Notes under the pieces: model-generated
Told to the model about the DNA's origin: nothing
What the model saw: the letters and a program-made list of their open reading frames with translations, nothing else
The model's database searches: none
Translations under genes and position numbers: made by a program
Part shown: piece after piece, positions 55,445 to 64,000 of the stretch
Position numbering within the stretch: position 1 is the stretch's first letter
Layout of the letters: every line of letters starts with the position of its first letter
Assembly (NCBI GenBank): GCA_036679605.1
Contig: JAZDCZ010000398.1
Coordinates: 64,001 to 128,000 of the forward strand
DNA length: 64,000 nucleotides
From: Gemmatimonadota bacterium
GTDB taxonomy: Bacteria > Gemmatimonadota > Gemmatimonadetes > Gemmatimonadales > GWC2-71-9
Direction of reading: 5' to 3'

Positions 55445-56842
55445 TCAGACCATGGTTACGTCCACGAACTGTGCGTCCTCGGCTTGCTCTTTGTTCTCCG
55501 GGGCCACGATGGGATAATCTCCCGAGAAACAGGCATCGCAAAACTGATGCCCGTCGCTGCCGCAGGCGCCAAGCATGCCTTCCAGCGAGAGATATCCCAG
55601 CGTATCTACGCCGAGCTGCTCCCGAATCTCCTCTACCGAGTAGTTCGCTGCGATCAGCTCGGCGCGGGTGGGTGTATCGATACCGTAGACGCAGGGCCCC
55701 GTGATCGGAGCGGACGCGATCCGCATGTGGACCTCCGAAGCTCCGGCCCTGCGAATCATTTGTACCAGACTACGTGAAGTCGTGCCTCGCACCAATGAAT
55801 CATCCACTACGACCACGCGTTTGCCCTCGATAACTTGGCGAACGGGGTTGAACTTGATCCTGACTTTTTCGGTGCGCGAGGCTTGCCCAGGATTTATGAA
55901 CGTGCGTCCGACGTAGTGATTCCGGATCAGGCCGTGCTCGAGCTTGATGCCGCTCTCCTCCGAGTAGCCGAGTGCCATCGCGTTCGATGAGTCGGGGACT
56001 GCGAAGACGCAGTCCGCTTCCGGAGCCGGGTGCTCTCGGGCGAGTTGCCTACCCAGATTGCGACGGGCGCGATCGACCGACTGTCCGAAGACCACGCTGT
56101 CCGGACGCGAGAAATAAATCAACTCGAAGACGCAACGCTTGTGGGGTTTCTTGGCAAGGGGAGGGAGGTCTGTAACATGTCCGTCCTTGATCTTGATCCA
56201 TTCTCCCGGCTGCAGTTCCCGTATGAGTTTGGCCCCAAGGATGTCCAGCGCGCACGTTTCCGATGCCAGCAGCCATCCGTCGCCCAATTGGCCGAGGACC
56301 AGCGGCCGAAAGCCGAGCGGGTCTACTATGCCGAAGAGTGTGCGGCCCACAGTCAGGACAAGCGAATACGCCCCTTCAACTCTCTCGAGTGCGTCGAGGA
56401 TCTGGTCCTCAACAGCGCGCGCATCCGACCGCGCAATTAGGTGAACGATTACCTCAGAGTCGGACGAAGACCTGAAAATGGAACCCGTGCCGACGAGATC
56501 GTCGCGCAGGGCATTGGCGTTCGTCAGATTGCCGTTGTGCGCCAACGAGAGTGGACCATCATGGTAATGAACGAGTCCGGGCTGAGCGTTCGCGAGCACC
56601 GAACTGCCGGTGGTCGAATAGCGCGTGTGACCAATGGCGATGTCACCCGGCAGGTCCGCAAGGATCCGCGCAGGGAACAGCTCGGGAACAAGCCCCATTC
56701 CCCGGTGACCGCGCGCTATGCCTTCGTGATCGATTGCGACGATGCCGGCCGACTCTTGACCGCGATGCTGCAGCGCATACAGGCCGAGGTAGGCGAGTTC
56801 GGCCGCCTTCTCAACACCCGAGACACCGAGGACGCCGCACAC
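55445..56842 (-). CDS. purF: Amidophosphoribosyltransferase
   Basis: N-terminal MCG, LQHRGQESAG, GHTRYST, VDDSLVRGTT. Confidence 0.98.
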   Translation of the reverse strand: MCGVLGVSGVEKAAELAYLGLYALQHRGQESAGIVAIDHEGIARGHRGMGLVPELFPARILADLPGDIAIGHTRYSTTGSSVLANAQPGLVHYHDGPLSLAHNGNLTNANALRDDLVGTGSIFRSSSDSEVIVHLIARSDARAVEDQILDALERVEGAYSLVLTVGRTLFGIVDPLGFRPLVLGQLGDGWLLASETCALDILGAKLIRELQPGEWIKIKDGHVTDLPPLAKKPHKRCVFELIYFSRPDSVVFGQSVDRARRNLGRQLAREHPAPEADCVFAVPDSSNAMALGYSEESGIKLEHGLIRNHYVGRTFINPGQASRTEKVRIKFNPVRQVIEGKRVVVVDDSLVRGTTSRSLVQMIRRAGASEVHMRIASAPITGPCVYGIDTPTRAELIAANYSVEEIREQLGVDTLGYLSLEGMLGACGSDGHQFCDACFSGDYPIVAPENKEQAEDAQFVDVTMV

Positions 56843-56844
56843 GG

Positions 56845-59130
56845 TTAGGCAGGCTCCGCTGTCGAAGTGAGTTCCATGCGGGAGGGGATCGCCTGCATGT
56901 ACACCTCCCGCAATGCCGTCGTCGATAACGTAAGTGTGGTATCCGCGGTAACGATCTCCAGAGAGCCCGTCGATTCACCTACTGTGCCGATTCTGGACGC
57001 GGCCAAGTCGTGCTGTGCGGCAACACCCAACACAGCGTCCAGGTGTTCAGGCGCTAGGCTGATCAAAGCTCTGCTGTGGTCTTCGGCGAAGAGAACGGCG
57101 CTGGCCGGCAGGGTCCCTTGGATGGGTCTCAAATCGAGACTAGCGCCCACGGTTTCCTTCTGGTAAGGGTCTCCCATACAGCATTCCGCTATTGCTACAG
57201 CCAATCCACCGTCGGAAAGATCTCTAGCGCTCGATACCAGGCGACGGGCTGCTAGCAAGATCAAGACGGTTATGAGTCTCTGCTCGGCATCGAGGTCTAC
57301 ATGCGGCGGCCTGCCGCCAACGGTGTCTAGTACGTACTCCCAATATGCCGAACCGCCGAGATGGCCTTGTGTAGTGCCAAGTAGAACCACCGCGTCGCCG
57401 CTGGCTCTGAACTGAGATGTAACGGCAACCGTCACATCTTCCAGCATCCCTATCATCCCGACCACCGGCGTTGGGTATACCGGACCGCTAGGGCTTTCGT
57501 TGTAGAACGATACGTTCCCGCCGGTAACCGGCGTGTCGAGTTTACGACACGCCTCGGCCATTCCGCGACAGGCTTCTCGGAATTGATAGAATACCTCTGG
57601 TTTTTCAGGAGTACCAAAATTGAGACAGTTAGTTATTCCAATGGGTGTAGCACCCGTGCAAGCAACGTTGCGGGCGGCTTCCGCCACGGCTGCCTTACCG
57701 CCCTCGAAGGGGTCGAGCAAGACGTAGCGCGAATTGCAATCGGTCGAGGCCGCGATTCCGAGTGTCGTTCCTGGTATCACGATCACCCCTGCGTCGCCGC
57801 CGGGGCCGAACACGGTTCCGGCTTGGACCGTCGAGTCATACTGTTCGTGGACCCACCGCTTGCTTCCCAGAGTGGGGGAATCCAAGAGCTGGAGCAGAGC
57901 TTTCTCCGGGCTAACATCTACGGCAGTCGGACTGATGTTCCTGCGAACCTCCGCCTCGGTTTCCTCGGTGGCCTCCGGCTGATAGAGGGGGCAATCCTCT
58001 ATCAGTCGCTGGCCCGGGATCTCTGCAACCGTCAGGTCGCCGTGTTTGATTCGGTAGAGTCCATCGTCTGTGACTGTCCCAATCGCCACCGCTTCCAGCT
58101 CCCACTTTGTCGCGATGTCCTGTACCTCCTGCACACGATCGTGCAGCGCCACAACCAACATTCGCTCCTGTGATTCTGACAGCAGAATCTCGTACGGCGT
58201 CATGTCGGGTTCGCGAGTGGGCACCAGGGCAGTGTCGATTTCAACACCCATTCCTCCCCTTGCCGCCATCTCGGCGGAGGACGATGTCAGACCTGCGGCG
58301 CCCATGTCTTGAATCGCCACTATATGACCCGATGCGATCAACTCGAGGCTGGCTTCGAGTAGCAGTTTCTCCGTGAATGGATCACCTACTTGGACTTGTG
58401 GGCGCCGTTGTTCGCTTTGTGCGGAGAGTTCCTCCGAGGCAAACGAAGCACCATGAATTCCATCGCGACCGGTGCGACTTCCTACCGTAAGCAGCACGTT
58501 GCCGGCGCCGGTAGCGCTCGCGCGGATCAAGTCCTTCTCTTGTAGCACACCGATGCACATAGCGTTGATCAGCGGGTTTCCGCTATACGCTGATGAGAAA
58601 CAGACCTCCCCTCCAACAGTCGGCACACCCATGCAATTGCCGTAGTCACCGATTCCACGCACGGCTCCTGAAAGGAGGTAGCGGTTCCGTGGATCTGTGA
58701 GCGGGCCGAAACGTAGGCTGTTGAGCAGTGCAACCGGTTTGGCACCCATGGTGAACACATCTCGCAGGATCCCGCCAACTCCAGTGGCTGCGCCCTGGTA
58801 GGGCTCAACTGCAGTCGGGTGATTGTGCGATTCTATTTTGAACGCGACGGCCCAGCCGTCTCGGAGTCGGAGAACACCGGCATTCTCTCCCGGTCCCTGA
58901 ATGACGCGGTCGCCCTCTGTCGGAAACAGTTTGAGGATCGGGCGGGAGTGTTTGTACGAACAGTGCTCACTCCACAGAGCTGAGAAGATACCTAGCTCCG
59001 TAAAAGTGGGAGTTCGTCCTAGCATGCGTTCGATCAACTCGAACTCGGCAGAGTTGAGGCCGTGATGGCGAACTTCATCATCGGTGACCGGCGGATCGCC
59101 AGGATAACCCTGGGCGTGAGTTGCTCTCAT
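56845..59130 (-). CDS. purL: FGAM synthase subunit PurL
   Basis: [40 protein letters not shown]; start may be GTG 59169. Confidence 0.97.
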   Translation of the reverse strand: MRATHAQGYPGDPPVTDDEVRHHGLNSAEFELIERMLGRTPTFTELGIFSALWSEHCSYKHSRPILKLFPTEGDRVIQGPGENAGVLRLRDGWAVAFKIESHNHPTAVEPYQGAATGVGGILRDVFTMGAKPVALLNSLRFGPLTDPRNRYLLSGAVRGIGDYGNCMGVPTVGGEVCFSSAYSGNPLINAMCIGVLQEKDLIRASATGAGNVLLTVGSRTGRDGIHGASFASEELSAQSEQRRPQVQVGDPFTEKLLLEASLELIASGHIVAIQDMGAAGLTSSSAEMAARGGMGVEIDTALVPTREPDMTPYEILLSESQERMLVVALHDRVQEVQDIATKWELEAVAIGTVTDDGLYRIKHGDLTVAEIPGQRLIEDCPLYQPEATEETEAEVRRNISPTAVDVSPEKALLQLLDSPTLGSKRWVHEQYDSTVQAGTVFGPGGDAGVIVIPGTTLGIAASTDCNSRYVLLDPFEGGKAAVAEAARNVACTGATPIGITNCLNFGTPEKPEVFYQFREACRGMAEACRKLDTPVTGGNVSFYNESPSGPVYPTPVVGMIGMLEDVTVAVTSQFRASGDAVVLLGTTQGHLGGSAYWEYVLDTVGGRPPHVDLDAEQRLITVLILLAARRLVSSARDLSDGGLAVAIAECCMGDPYQKETVGASLDLRPIQGTLPASAVLFAEDHSRALISLAPEHLDAVLGVAAQHDLAASRIGTVGESTGSLEIVTADTTLTLSTTALREVYMQAIPSRMELTSTAEPA

Positions 59131-59152
59131 AGTGCCGCCAGCGGGAGCGGTG

Positions 59153-59458
59153 TCAGCTACTGCTGACACCGCGTAGGATGGATTTGAACAGGTCGGCAAC
59201 CCCATGGTGGTCCTTGAACAACGTCTCGGCCTCTCTAGCATCAAACCAGACGCCCTTGCATTCGTGGCAGCGGTCTACCTCGAGCCCGCTGTGATCTTCG
59301 ATCGCGAGGTCGGAGCCGCACTTGGGACACTTCATATAGTGGCTCTGCCGCTCCTCACTGGTTCGCTCTTTTTGAGCTGTCTCCTTCCGCGCCTTCAGCA
59401 ACTCGGCCTCGCGTTGGGCGAAGTATTCCTCTTCGTTTCTGCTCGGCTTGTCGGTCAT
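59153..59458 (-). CDS. Small zinc-ribbon (zf-TFIIB-like) protein
   Basis: EEEYF...MKCPKCG...[13 protein letters not shown]. Confidence 0.85.
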   Translation of the reverse strand: MTDKPSRNEEEYFAQREAELLKARKETAQKERTSEERQSHYMKCPKCGSDLAIEDHSGLEVDRCHECKGVWFDAREAETLFKDHHGVADLFKSILRGVSSS

Positions 59459-59462
59459 CGGG

Positions 59463-59960
59463 TCAACCCATCGCTCCGACGGCACTGTCTGGTGCGGTAA
59501 ACTCGGGCGCACGGTCCGGCGGAGAAGATGACACACCCGAGTACGTGTGCCCCCGGCCTCGAACGACTGCATCCACGACCTGGTTTCCCTGTAGGAAAAC
59601 GATGTCGAAGGTGCCGCAAGAAATTTCGCAGCCGTTTCGGAAGTAGAGATAGGTCCAGTCACCTTCAGCGCGCTCAACGGCCGGCTCTCCCCAGGTCGCG
59701 ATTACGTCCTCGCGCGACATACCAGGGTCAACCGTGCCGGTGGCCGTGGGTACCCAGGGTTCCTCTTCACCTTCCGTACGCACAACCCGTGTAGTGAATG
59801 CAGGTTGGGGAGCTGGTGTGGGATCGGGCGTAGTCGCAGCCGGCTGGGTCTCGGCCTGCGGCTCGGCAGCCTGATCGTCGGCCGGTGGTGGCGCTTCCTC
59901 CTTGTTGCATCCCGACAGTGCAATGGCTAAGATCGTAAACGTAAGAGTTGGGCGTATCAT
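59463..59960 (-). CDS. Lipoprotein with SmpA/BamE-like domain
   Basis: LSGC lipobox, Pro/Ala linker, GMSREDVIATWGEP...WTYLY. Confidence 0.7.
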   Translation of the reverse strand: MIRPTLTFTILAIALSGCNKEEAPPPADDQAAEPQAETQPAATTPDPTPAPQPAFTTRVVRTEGEEEPWVPTATGTVDPGMSREDVIATWGEPAVERAEGDWTYLYFRNGCEISCGTFDIVFLQGNQVVDAVVRGRGHTYSGVSSSPPDRAPEFTAPDSAVGAMG

Positions 59961-60640
59961 CTTGCGGCTCCTCCGAAGAGTTCAACGGCATGCATCATCG
60001 AATTGAAGACATCTGCTCCGTCAGTACGACCGACGGCAGGGTCTGCCGCGCGTTCCGGGTGTGGCATTATGCCCACCACTGTGCGCTCGGCGTTTGTTAT
60101 CCCGGCGATATCGTTGAGTGATCCGTTCGGGTTCTCTCCAAAATAGCGTAGCACGACTCGCTCGTCGTTTTCGAGCTGCTCGATCACCTCCGGGTGCGCC
60201 ACGTAGCGTCCCTCTCCGTGCGCAACGGGCAACTGTAAGATAGCGCCCTTTTCGTAAGCGGAGGTGAAGGGGGTGTCGGTAGACTCTACCCTCACGGACA
60301 CTGGCCGTGAGACGAACCTAAGGTCGGCGTTCCGCATCAAAGCCCCCGGGAGGAGTCGGGCTTCACAGAGCACCTGAAATCCATTGCATATGCCAAATAC
60401 CATACCCCCTGCGGTGACATGATCGTAAACCGCCGGCATGACCTCACTAAACCGCGCAATGGCGCCGGCGCGCAGATAATCGCCGTACGAGAAACCACCT
60501 GGAATAATCACGACATCGGCGTCGGCCAGGTCACTCTCCCGATGCCATACATAGTATGCATTGGCACCGGCACTGGTAGCAGCCCTTAGCGTCTCAGCGT
60601 CGCAGTTCGATCCGGGAAACCGTATTACAGCTACCTTCAT
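59957..60640 (-). CDS. purQ: FGAM synthase subunit PurQ
   Basis: FPGSNCD, GGFSYGDYLRAG, GICNGFQ, AHGEG, MPHPER. Confidence 0.98.
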   Translation of the reverse strand: MKVAVIRFPGSNCDAETLRAATSAGANAYYVWHRESDLADADVVIIPGGFSYGDYLRAGAIARFSEVMPAVYDHVTAGGMVFGICNGFQVLCEARLLPGALMRNADLRFVSRPVSVRVESTDTPFTSAYEKGAILQLPVAHGEGRYVAHPEVIEQLENDERVVLRYFGENPNGSLNDIAGITNAERTVVGIMPHPERAADPAVGRTDGADVFNSMMHAVELFGGAAR

Positions 60641-60897
60641 GAATTGGTCTTCCGCACCGAAAGCGTAAAGTCTTCGGTTACTGGGTTGGCCAGAAACTTC
60701 TCACACATTGCACGCGCGTCGTGTTCGGCATCTTCCATACTGTCGCGCTCGATCTGTACGGTGAGGGCCTTCCCGATCCTCACGTCGTTGACGGGAGAAA
60801 ATCCGAGCGATGTAAGAGCATGTTCCACTGCTCGGCCCTGTGGGTCGAGCAGGGTCGCACGCGGCATGATGCGCAATTCAACCTCAAACTGTGCCAT
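60637..60897 (-). CDS. purS: FGAM synthase subunit PurS
   Basis: LLDPQG, VRIGK, LANPVTEDF; ATG at 60897. Confidence 0.95.
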   Translation of the reverse strand: MAQFEVELRIMPRATLLDPQGRAVEHALTSLGFSPVNDVRIGKALTVQIERDSMEDAEHDARAMCEKFLANPVTEDFTLSVRKTNS

Positions 60898-61720
60898 CTT
60901 CGTTCTTTCGCTTGTTGCGTGTTTCGTGTACCAACGACGGGCCAGCCGATTCCTGTGGTTCTCCGCCGTCGTATTCGCCCCGGTCGAGAAACCCGACTGC
61001 CGCTGTACGAACGAAGCCGTAGGTAACGTATGCAATGCCGAGCGGGAAGAAAAATATGTCGCGTGACCAGATACCAAAGCCTAGGATCGACAAGTAGATG
61101 GCAAGTCCCAGCAGGCCGCTAGATGTACGGTATCCGATGCGGGGAAGCCGGGCGTACTTGACTTGGCTTACCATCGCCAAGCTGAGCGTGATAGTGAGGA
61201 ATACCAGGATCTGAGGCCACGGTAGTCCACTGAGTTGCGTCTGGTAGAATGAGGTTTGCGTGAAGGGATAGTAGGTTGCGAGAGTGATCCCAGCAGCGGG
61301 GGAGGGCAAGCCTACAAACGTTGCCCTACCTTCAGATTCGGGCTGCAAGTTGTAACGGGCCAGGCGGAGAGCAACACATACGATAAACGCGTACGAGAAG
61401 ACCCAAGCGAACTGGCCCTGTGACGAGAATTGTACCATGTAGATCAAGATCGCCGGCGCGACACCAAAGCTTATGATATCCACCAGCGAGTCCAGCTCCG
61501 CTCCGAACTTGGTCTCCGTCTGGCTCATTCGTGCAAACAGGCCATCCACGGTATCGAGAAGTCCGGCGATCACGATCCACCAACCAGCGCGATAGAAATT
61601 CCCCTGCGTGGCCAGAATGATCGCCCAGATACCGAAAAAGAGATTTGCCAGTGTAAACAGGCTTGGAACGACCACAACTACCCGCCGTACTCTTGCTCTT
61701 CCGTGGGTCGATTTTCTCAT
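60884..61720 (-). CDS. pssA: CDP-diacylglycerol--serine O-phosphatidyltransferase
   Basis: PSLFTLANL, D..DG..AR......FGAELDSL.D..SFG.AP, RLARYN, GLPSP. Confidence 0.93.
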   Translation of the reverse strand: MRKSTHGRARVRRVVVVVPSLFTLANLFFGIWAIILATQGNFYRAGWWIVIAGLLDTVDGLFARMSQTETKFGAELDSLVDIISFGVAPAILIYMVQFSSQGQFAWVFSYAFIVCVALRLARYNLQPESEGRATFVGLPSPAAGITLATYYPFTQTSFYQTQLSGLPWPQILVFLTITLSLAMVSQVKYARLPRIGYRTSSGLLGLAIYLSILGFGIWSRDIFFFPLGIAYVTYGFVRTAAVGFLDRGEYDGGEPQESAGPSLVHETRNKRKNEDGTV

Positions 61721-62367
61721 GACGGCCACCTTCCGATCACCGTGATTCCTGCCTTGGTCTTGTCTCCCACGCGGATAGAAACCTGTGCGTCGAGTGGCAA
61801 GAACGTGTCAACTCGCGATCCGAACCTGATGAGCCCCAACCTATCACCTTGGCATGCGGCTGTCCCGACCTCCGCATCGGTGACTATGCGTCGGGCTACG
61901 AGGCCGGCGATTTGTCTCACGAGTACAGGTCCGCGAACGGTGCGCAAACCCAACGACATCTGTTCGTTGTCGACGCTGGCCTTGTCGAGTGACGCATTGA
62001 CAAAGCTTCCGGGCCGATAGTGACGATATTCGATAGTGCCGTCCACCGGGTAGCGATTGACATGTACGTTGCAAACGTTCATGAAGACCGATATTTTTCG
62101 GGCCTTACCCCGGAGAAAGTCAGGTTCGTCCACCTCAGCCACGCTCACGATACGACCGTCAGCCGGCGCCACAACCAGATCCGCTCCTCTTGGACCGTTG
62201 CGCACCGGGTCTCGGAAAAACCAGGGAACCCAAAGTGCGATCGGTGCCCACAGTACTGGCAACGTAACCCACCATCGTCCCCCCGCCAGCCAAGCAATGG
62301 CGATGGCTATCGCCATCACTGCCCATCCAATTGCTATGAACGGCTTGCCCTCGGGGGCTACTCTCAC
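61717..62367 (-). CDS. psd: Phosphatidylserine decarboxylase
   Basis: FFRDP, APADG, NVHVNR.P, QIAGLVARRI, IRFGSRVD. Confidence 0.95.
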   Translation of the reverse strand: MRVAPEGKPFIAIGWAVMAIAIAIAWLAGGRWWVTLPVLWAPIALWVPWFFRDPVRNGPRGADLVVAPADGRIVSVAEVDEPDFLRGKARKISVFMNVCNVHVNRYPVDGTIEYRHYRPGSFVNASLDKASVDNEQMSLGLRTVRGPVLVRQIAGLVARRIVTDAEVGTAACQGDRLGLIRFGSRVDTFLPLDAQVSIRVGDKTKAGITVIGRWPS

Positions 62368-63290
62368 GAAGGGCTGCTCAGCGTCTGTCCAGTGATACGC
62401 ATGTACGCGTCCCGATAACGAGCACTCGTTGCACTCACTACCTCAGGCGGCAGTGGCGGGGGCGGAGAGTCTCCGTTCCACTCTCCTGAGGATTCGAGCG
62501 CGCTCAAGTAATCGCGTAATGGCTGCTTGTCAAAGCTCGGTTGCGGAGAACCCGGGCAGTACGTGTCTGCCGGCCAGAACCTCGAGGAATCTGGGGTCAG
62601 CAGTTCGTCAATCAGGATGAGGTCTCCGGATGGCAGCAACCCGAACTCGAACTTGGTGTCCGCGATAATGATACCTGATTCTGCTGCGCGTTCCCTGCCA
62701 CTCGAGTACAAAGCAAGGCTCACGTCCCGCAGTTGATCGGCAAGTTTTTCTCCAAGCTCTGCCTTCAATCGTCCGAACACGACGTTCTCATCGTGACCCT
62801 CTTGGGCTTTCGTTGCCGGCGAAAAGATAGGCTTATCGAACCGGGCACTCTCGGTGAGACCGGCGGGTAAGGCCTCACCGGCCAATGTCCCATGCTTCCG
62901 GTATTCCTTCCACGCTGAGCCTGCCAAGTATCCTCTGACGACGCATTCGAATAAGACTGGTTCTGTTCTGCGGACCAGGCACGATCGATCTATGATTTGG
63001 TCCATGTGGCCGGCAAGCTCCGGGACCTTAGCTACTATCTCGTGTGTGTCGGCGGTGATAAAGTGATTGGGCACGACGTCTGCCAGCAGCTGAAACCAAA
63101 ACGCGCTCATCTGTGTGAGCACCATCCCTTTTGAAGGAATCGGCTCGTCCAACACAACGTCGAACGCACTCACTCGATCGCTGGTTACCAACAACAACGT
63201 TTGGTCGTCTACCTCGTATACCTCTCGGACCTTTCCCTGTGTCAGTAGTGGGAGCGGCAACCGGCTCTCGGTGACTGGCGCGGTGGTCAC
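62364..63290 (-). CDS. purC: SAICAR synthase
   Basis: GKVREVY, SDRVSAFD, ECVVRGYLAGS, ADTKFEFG, DELLTPDSSRFW. Confidence 0.97.
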   Translation of the reverse strand: MTTAPVTESRLPLPLLTQGKVREVYEVDDQTLLLVTSDRVSAFDVVLDEPIPSKGMVLTQMSAFWFQLLADVVPNHFITADTHEIVAKVPELAGHMDQIIDRSCLVRRTEPVLFECVVRGYLAGSAWKEYRKHGTLAGEALPAGLTESARFDKPIFSPATKAQEGHDENVVFGRLKAELGEKLADQLRDVSLALYSSGRERAAESGIIIADTKFEFGLLPSGDLILIDELLTPDSSRFWPADTYCPGSPQPSFDKQPLRDYLSALESSGEWNGDSPPPPLPPEVVSATSARYRDAYMRITGQTLSSPS

Positions 63291-64000
63291 AATGTTACCG
63301 CCGCTTCATCAGGGGCTTCGTAGGAAGACATTGACGTGAGCAGATCGGCCAAAGGTCCTTCCACGAATTCTAATACCTGTTCCGGGGCACGTCCGATGTA
63401 GTGTTCAGGGTCGAGGTCGGCGCGGAGAGACGTGGCGTCGACGCTCTCGAACGCGGGGTCGGCGGACAGTCTTTCGAGCAAGTCGTTCTCTGCGCCGCTG
63501 GCCATTGCAGTTGAGACCTCACTGCTATGCTTGCGGATTACCTCATGCAGAGCCTGCCGGTCGCCACCCGCTTCGACACCTCGCATGAGCCACCGTTCGG
63601 AAGCCATGAAAGGCATGACGCGATTCACGTTCCGAGCCACTACGTCTCGCCTCACCTCCAGGCCAGCAGCGACGTTCGTGCACAACACGAGCACGGCGTC
63701 TGCCGAGAGGAACCCTTCTGGCAAGGTCATTCTTCGGTTTGCGCTGTCATCCAGGGTGCGTTCCAGCCATTGGGTCGCGGCGGTCGCTGCGGTGTTAGCT
63801 GTTAGCGTCATCACGTGGCGTGAGAGACCCGAAATTCGTTCGGCACGCATGGGATTGCGTTTGTAGGGCATAGCGCTCGATCCTACCTGCTCCCGTTCGG
63901 CTGGCTCGAGTACCTCGTCCTCATGTTGCAGCAGTCTCAGATCGTTGGCAAATTTGGAGGCCGACTGAGCAATTCCGCTGAGGATACCAAGCACATTGCT
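63287..64000 (-). CDS. purB: Adenylosuccinate lyase, 5' partial
   Basis: QVGSSAMPYKRNPMRAER, WLERTLDDSANRR; runs off the window end. Confidence 0.95.
   Translation of the reverse strand, partial: SNVLGILSGIAQSASKFANDLRLLQHEDEVLEPAEREQVGSSAMPYKRNPMRAERISGLSRHVMTLTANTAATAATQWLERTLDDSANRRMTLPEGFLSADAVLVLCTNVAAGLEVRRDVVARNVNRVMPFMASERWLMRGVEAGGDRQALHEVIRKHSSEVSTAMASGAENDLLERLSADPAFESVDATSLRADLDPEHYIGRAPEQVLEFVEGPLADLLTSMSSYEAPDEAAVTL

Noticed and set aside
55437..55541. N-terminal extension of PpdK (similarly the long starts given for rpsI, frr, dxr, purL, purS and the PTS EIIA)
   Set aside because: Extensions overlap neighbouring genes or lack homology; downstream starts match the family N-termini

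Overview
Bacterial chromosomal segment whose gene content, synteny and protein style suggest Gemmatimonadota (inference). The housekeeping backbone on the + strand is rplM-rpsI, rpsB-tsf-pyrH-frr-cdsA-dxr-rseP, rpsO-pnp-M16 peptidase-ald, mreBCD-mrdA-rodA, accD-folC-hisS-proS-lysA-guaA, dusB-GGDEF and tmRNA. On the - strand it is purB-purC-psd-pssA-purS-purQ-purL-purF-ppdK. Two accessory islands interrupt it. Island 1 (~19.15-32.9 kb, between rodA and accD) carries an MNT-HEPN pair, an IS6 element and a polymorphic Rhs toxin locus. The Rhs locus has a putative sigma54/IHF/enhancer promoter, a Sec-signal Rhs protein without PAAR/VgrG, and a stand-alone paralogue of its N-terminal Ig-like domain. 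Its three different C-terminal tips are all metallopeptidase-like (JAB, HExxxH, M23), and each is followed by a lipoprotein immunity candidate. Two tips carry a TonB-box-like motif just after the autocleavage site. Island 2 (44881-52402) is integrated at the tmRNA 3' end with a 25-bp att duplication and has no integrase. It holds a membrane-spanning SARP/BTAD-TPR regulator divergent from a 7-bladed RCC1/BLIP-II-like lipoprotein with variable loops and a duplicated signal-peptide cassette, a second lipoprotein and hipBA. Other oddities are an in-frame deletion of the conserved RPExT segment of hisS, a DnaA-box cluster at ~52.6-52.8 kb, MITE-like hairpins and short gene relics. All calls are from reading the sequence by eye; no database searches were run.
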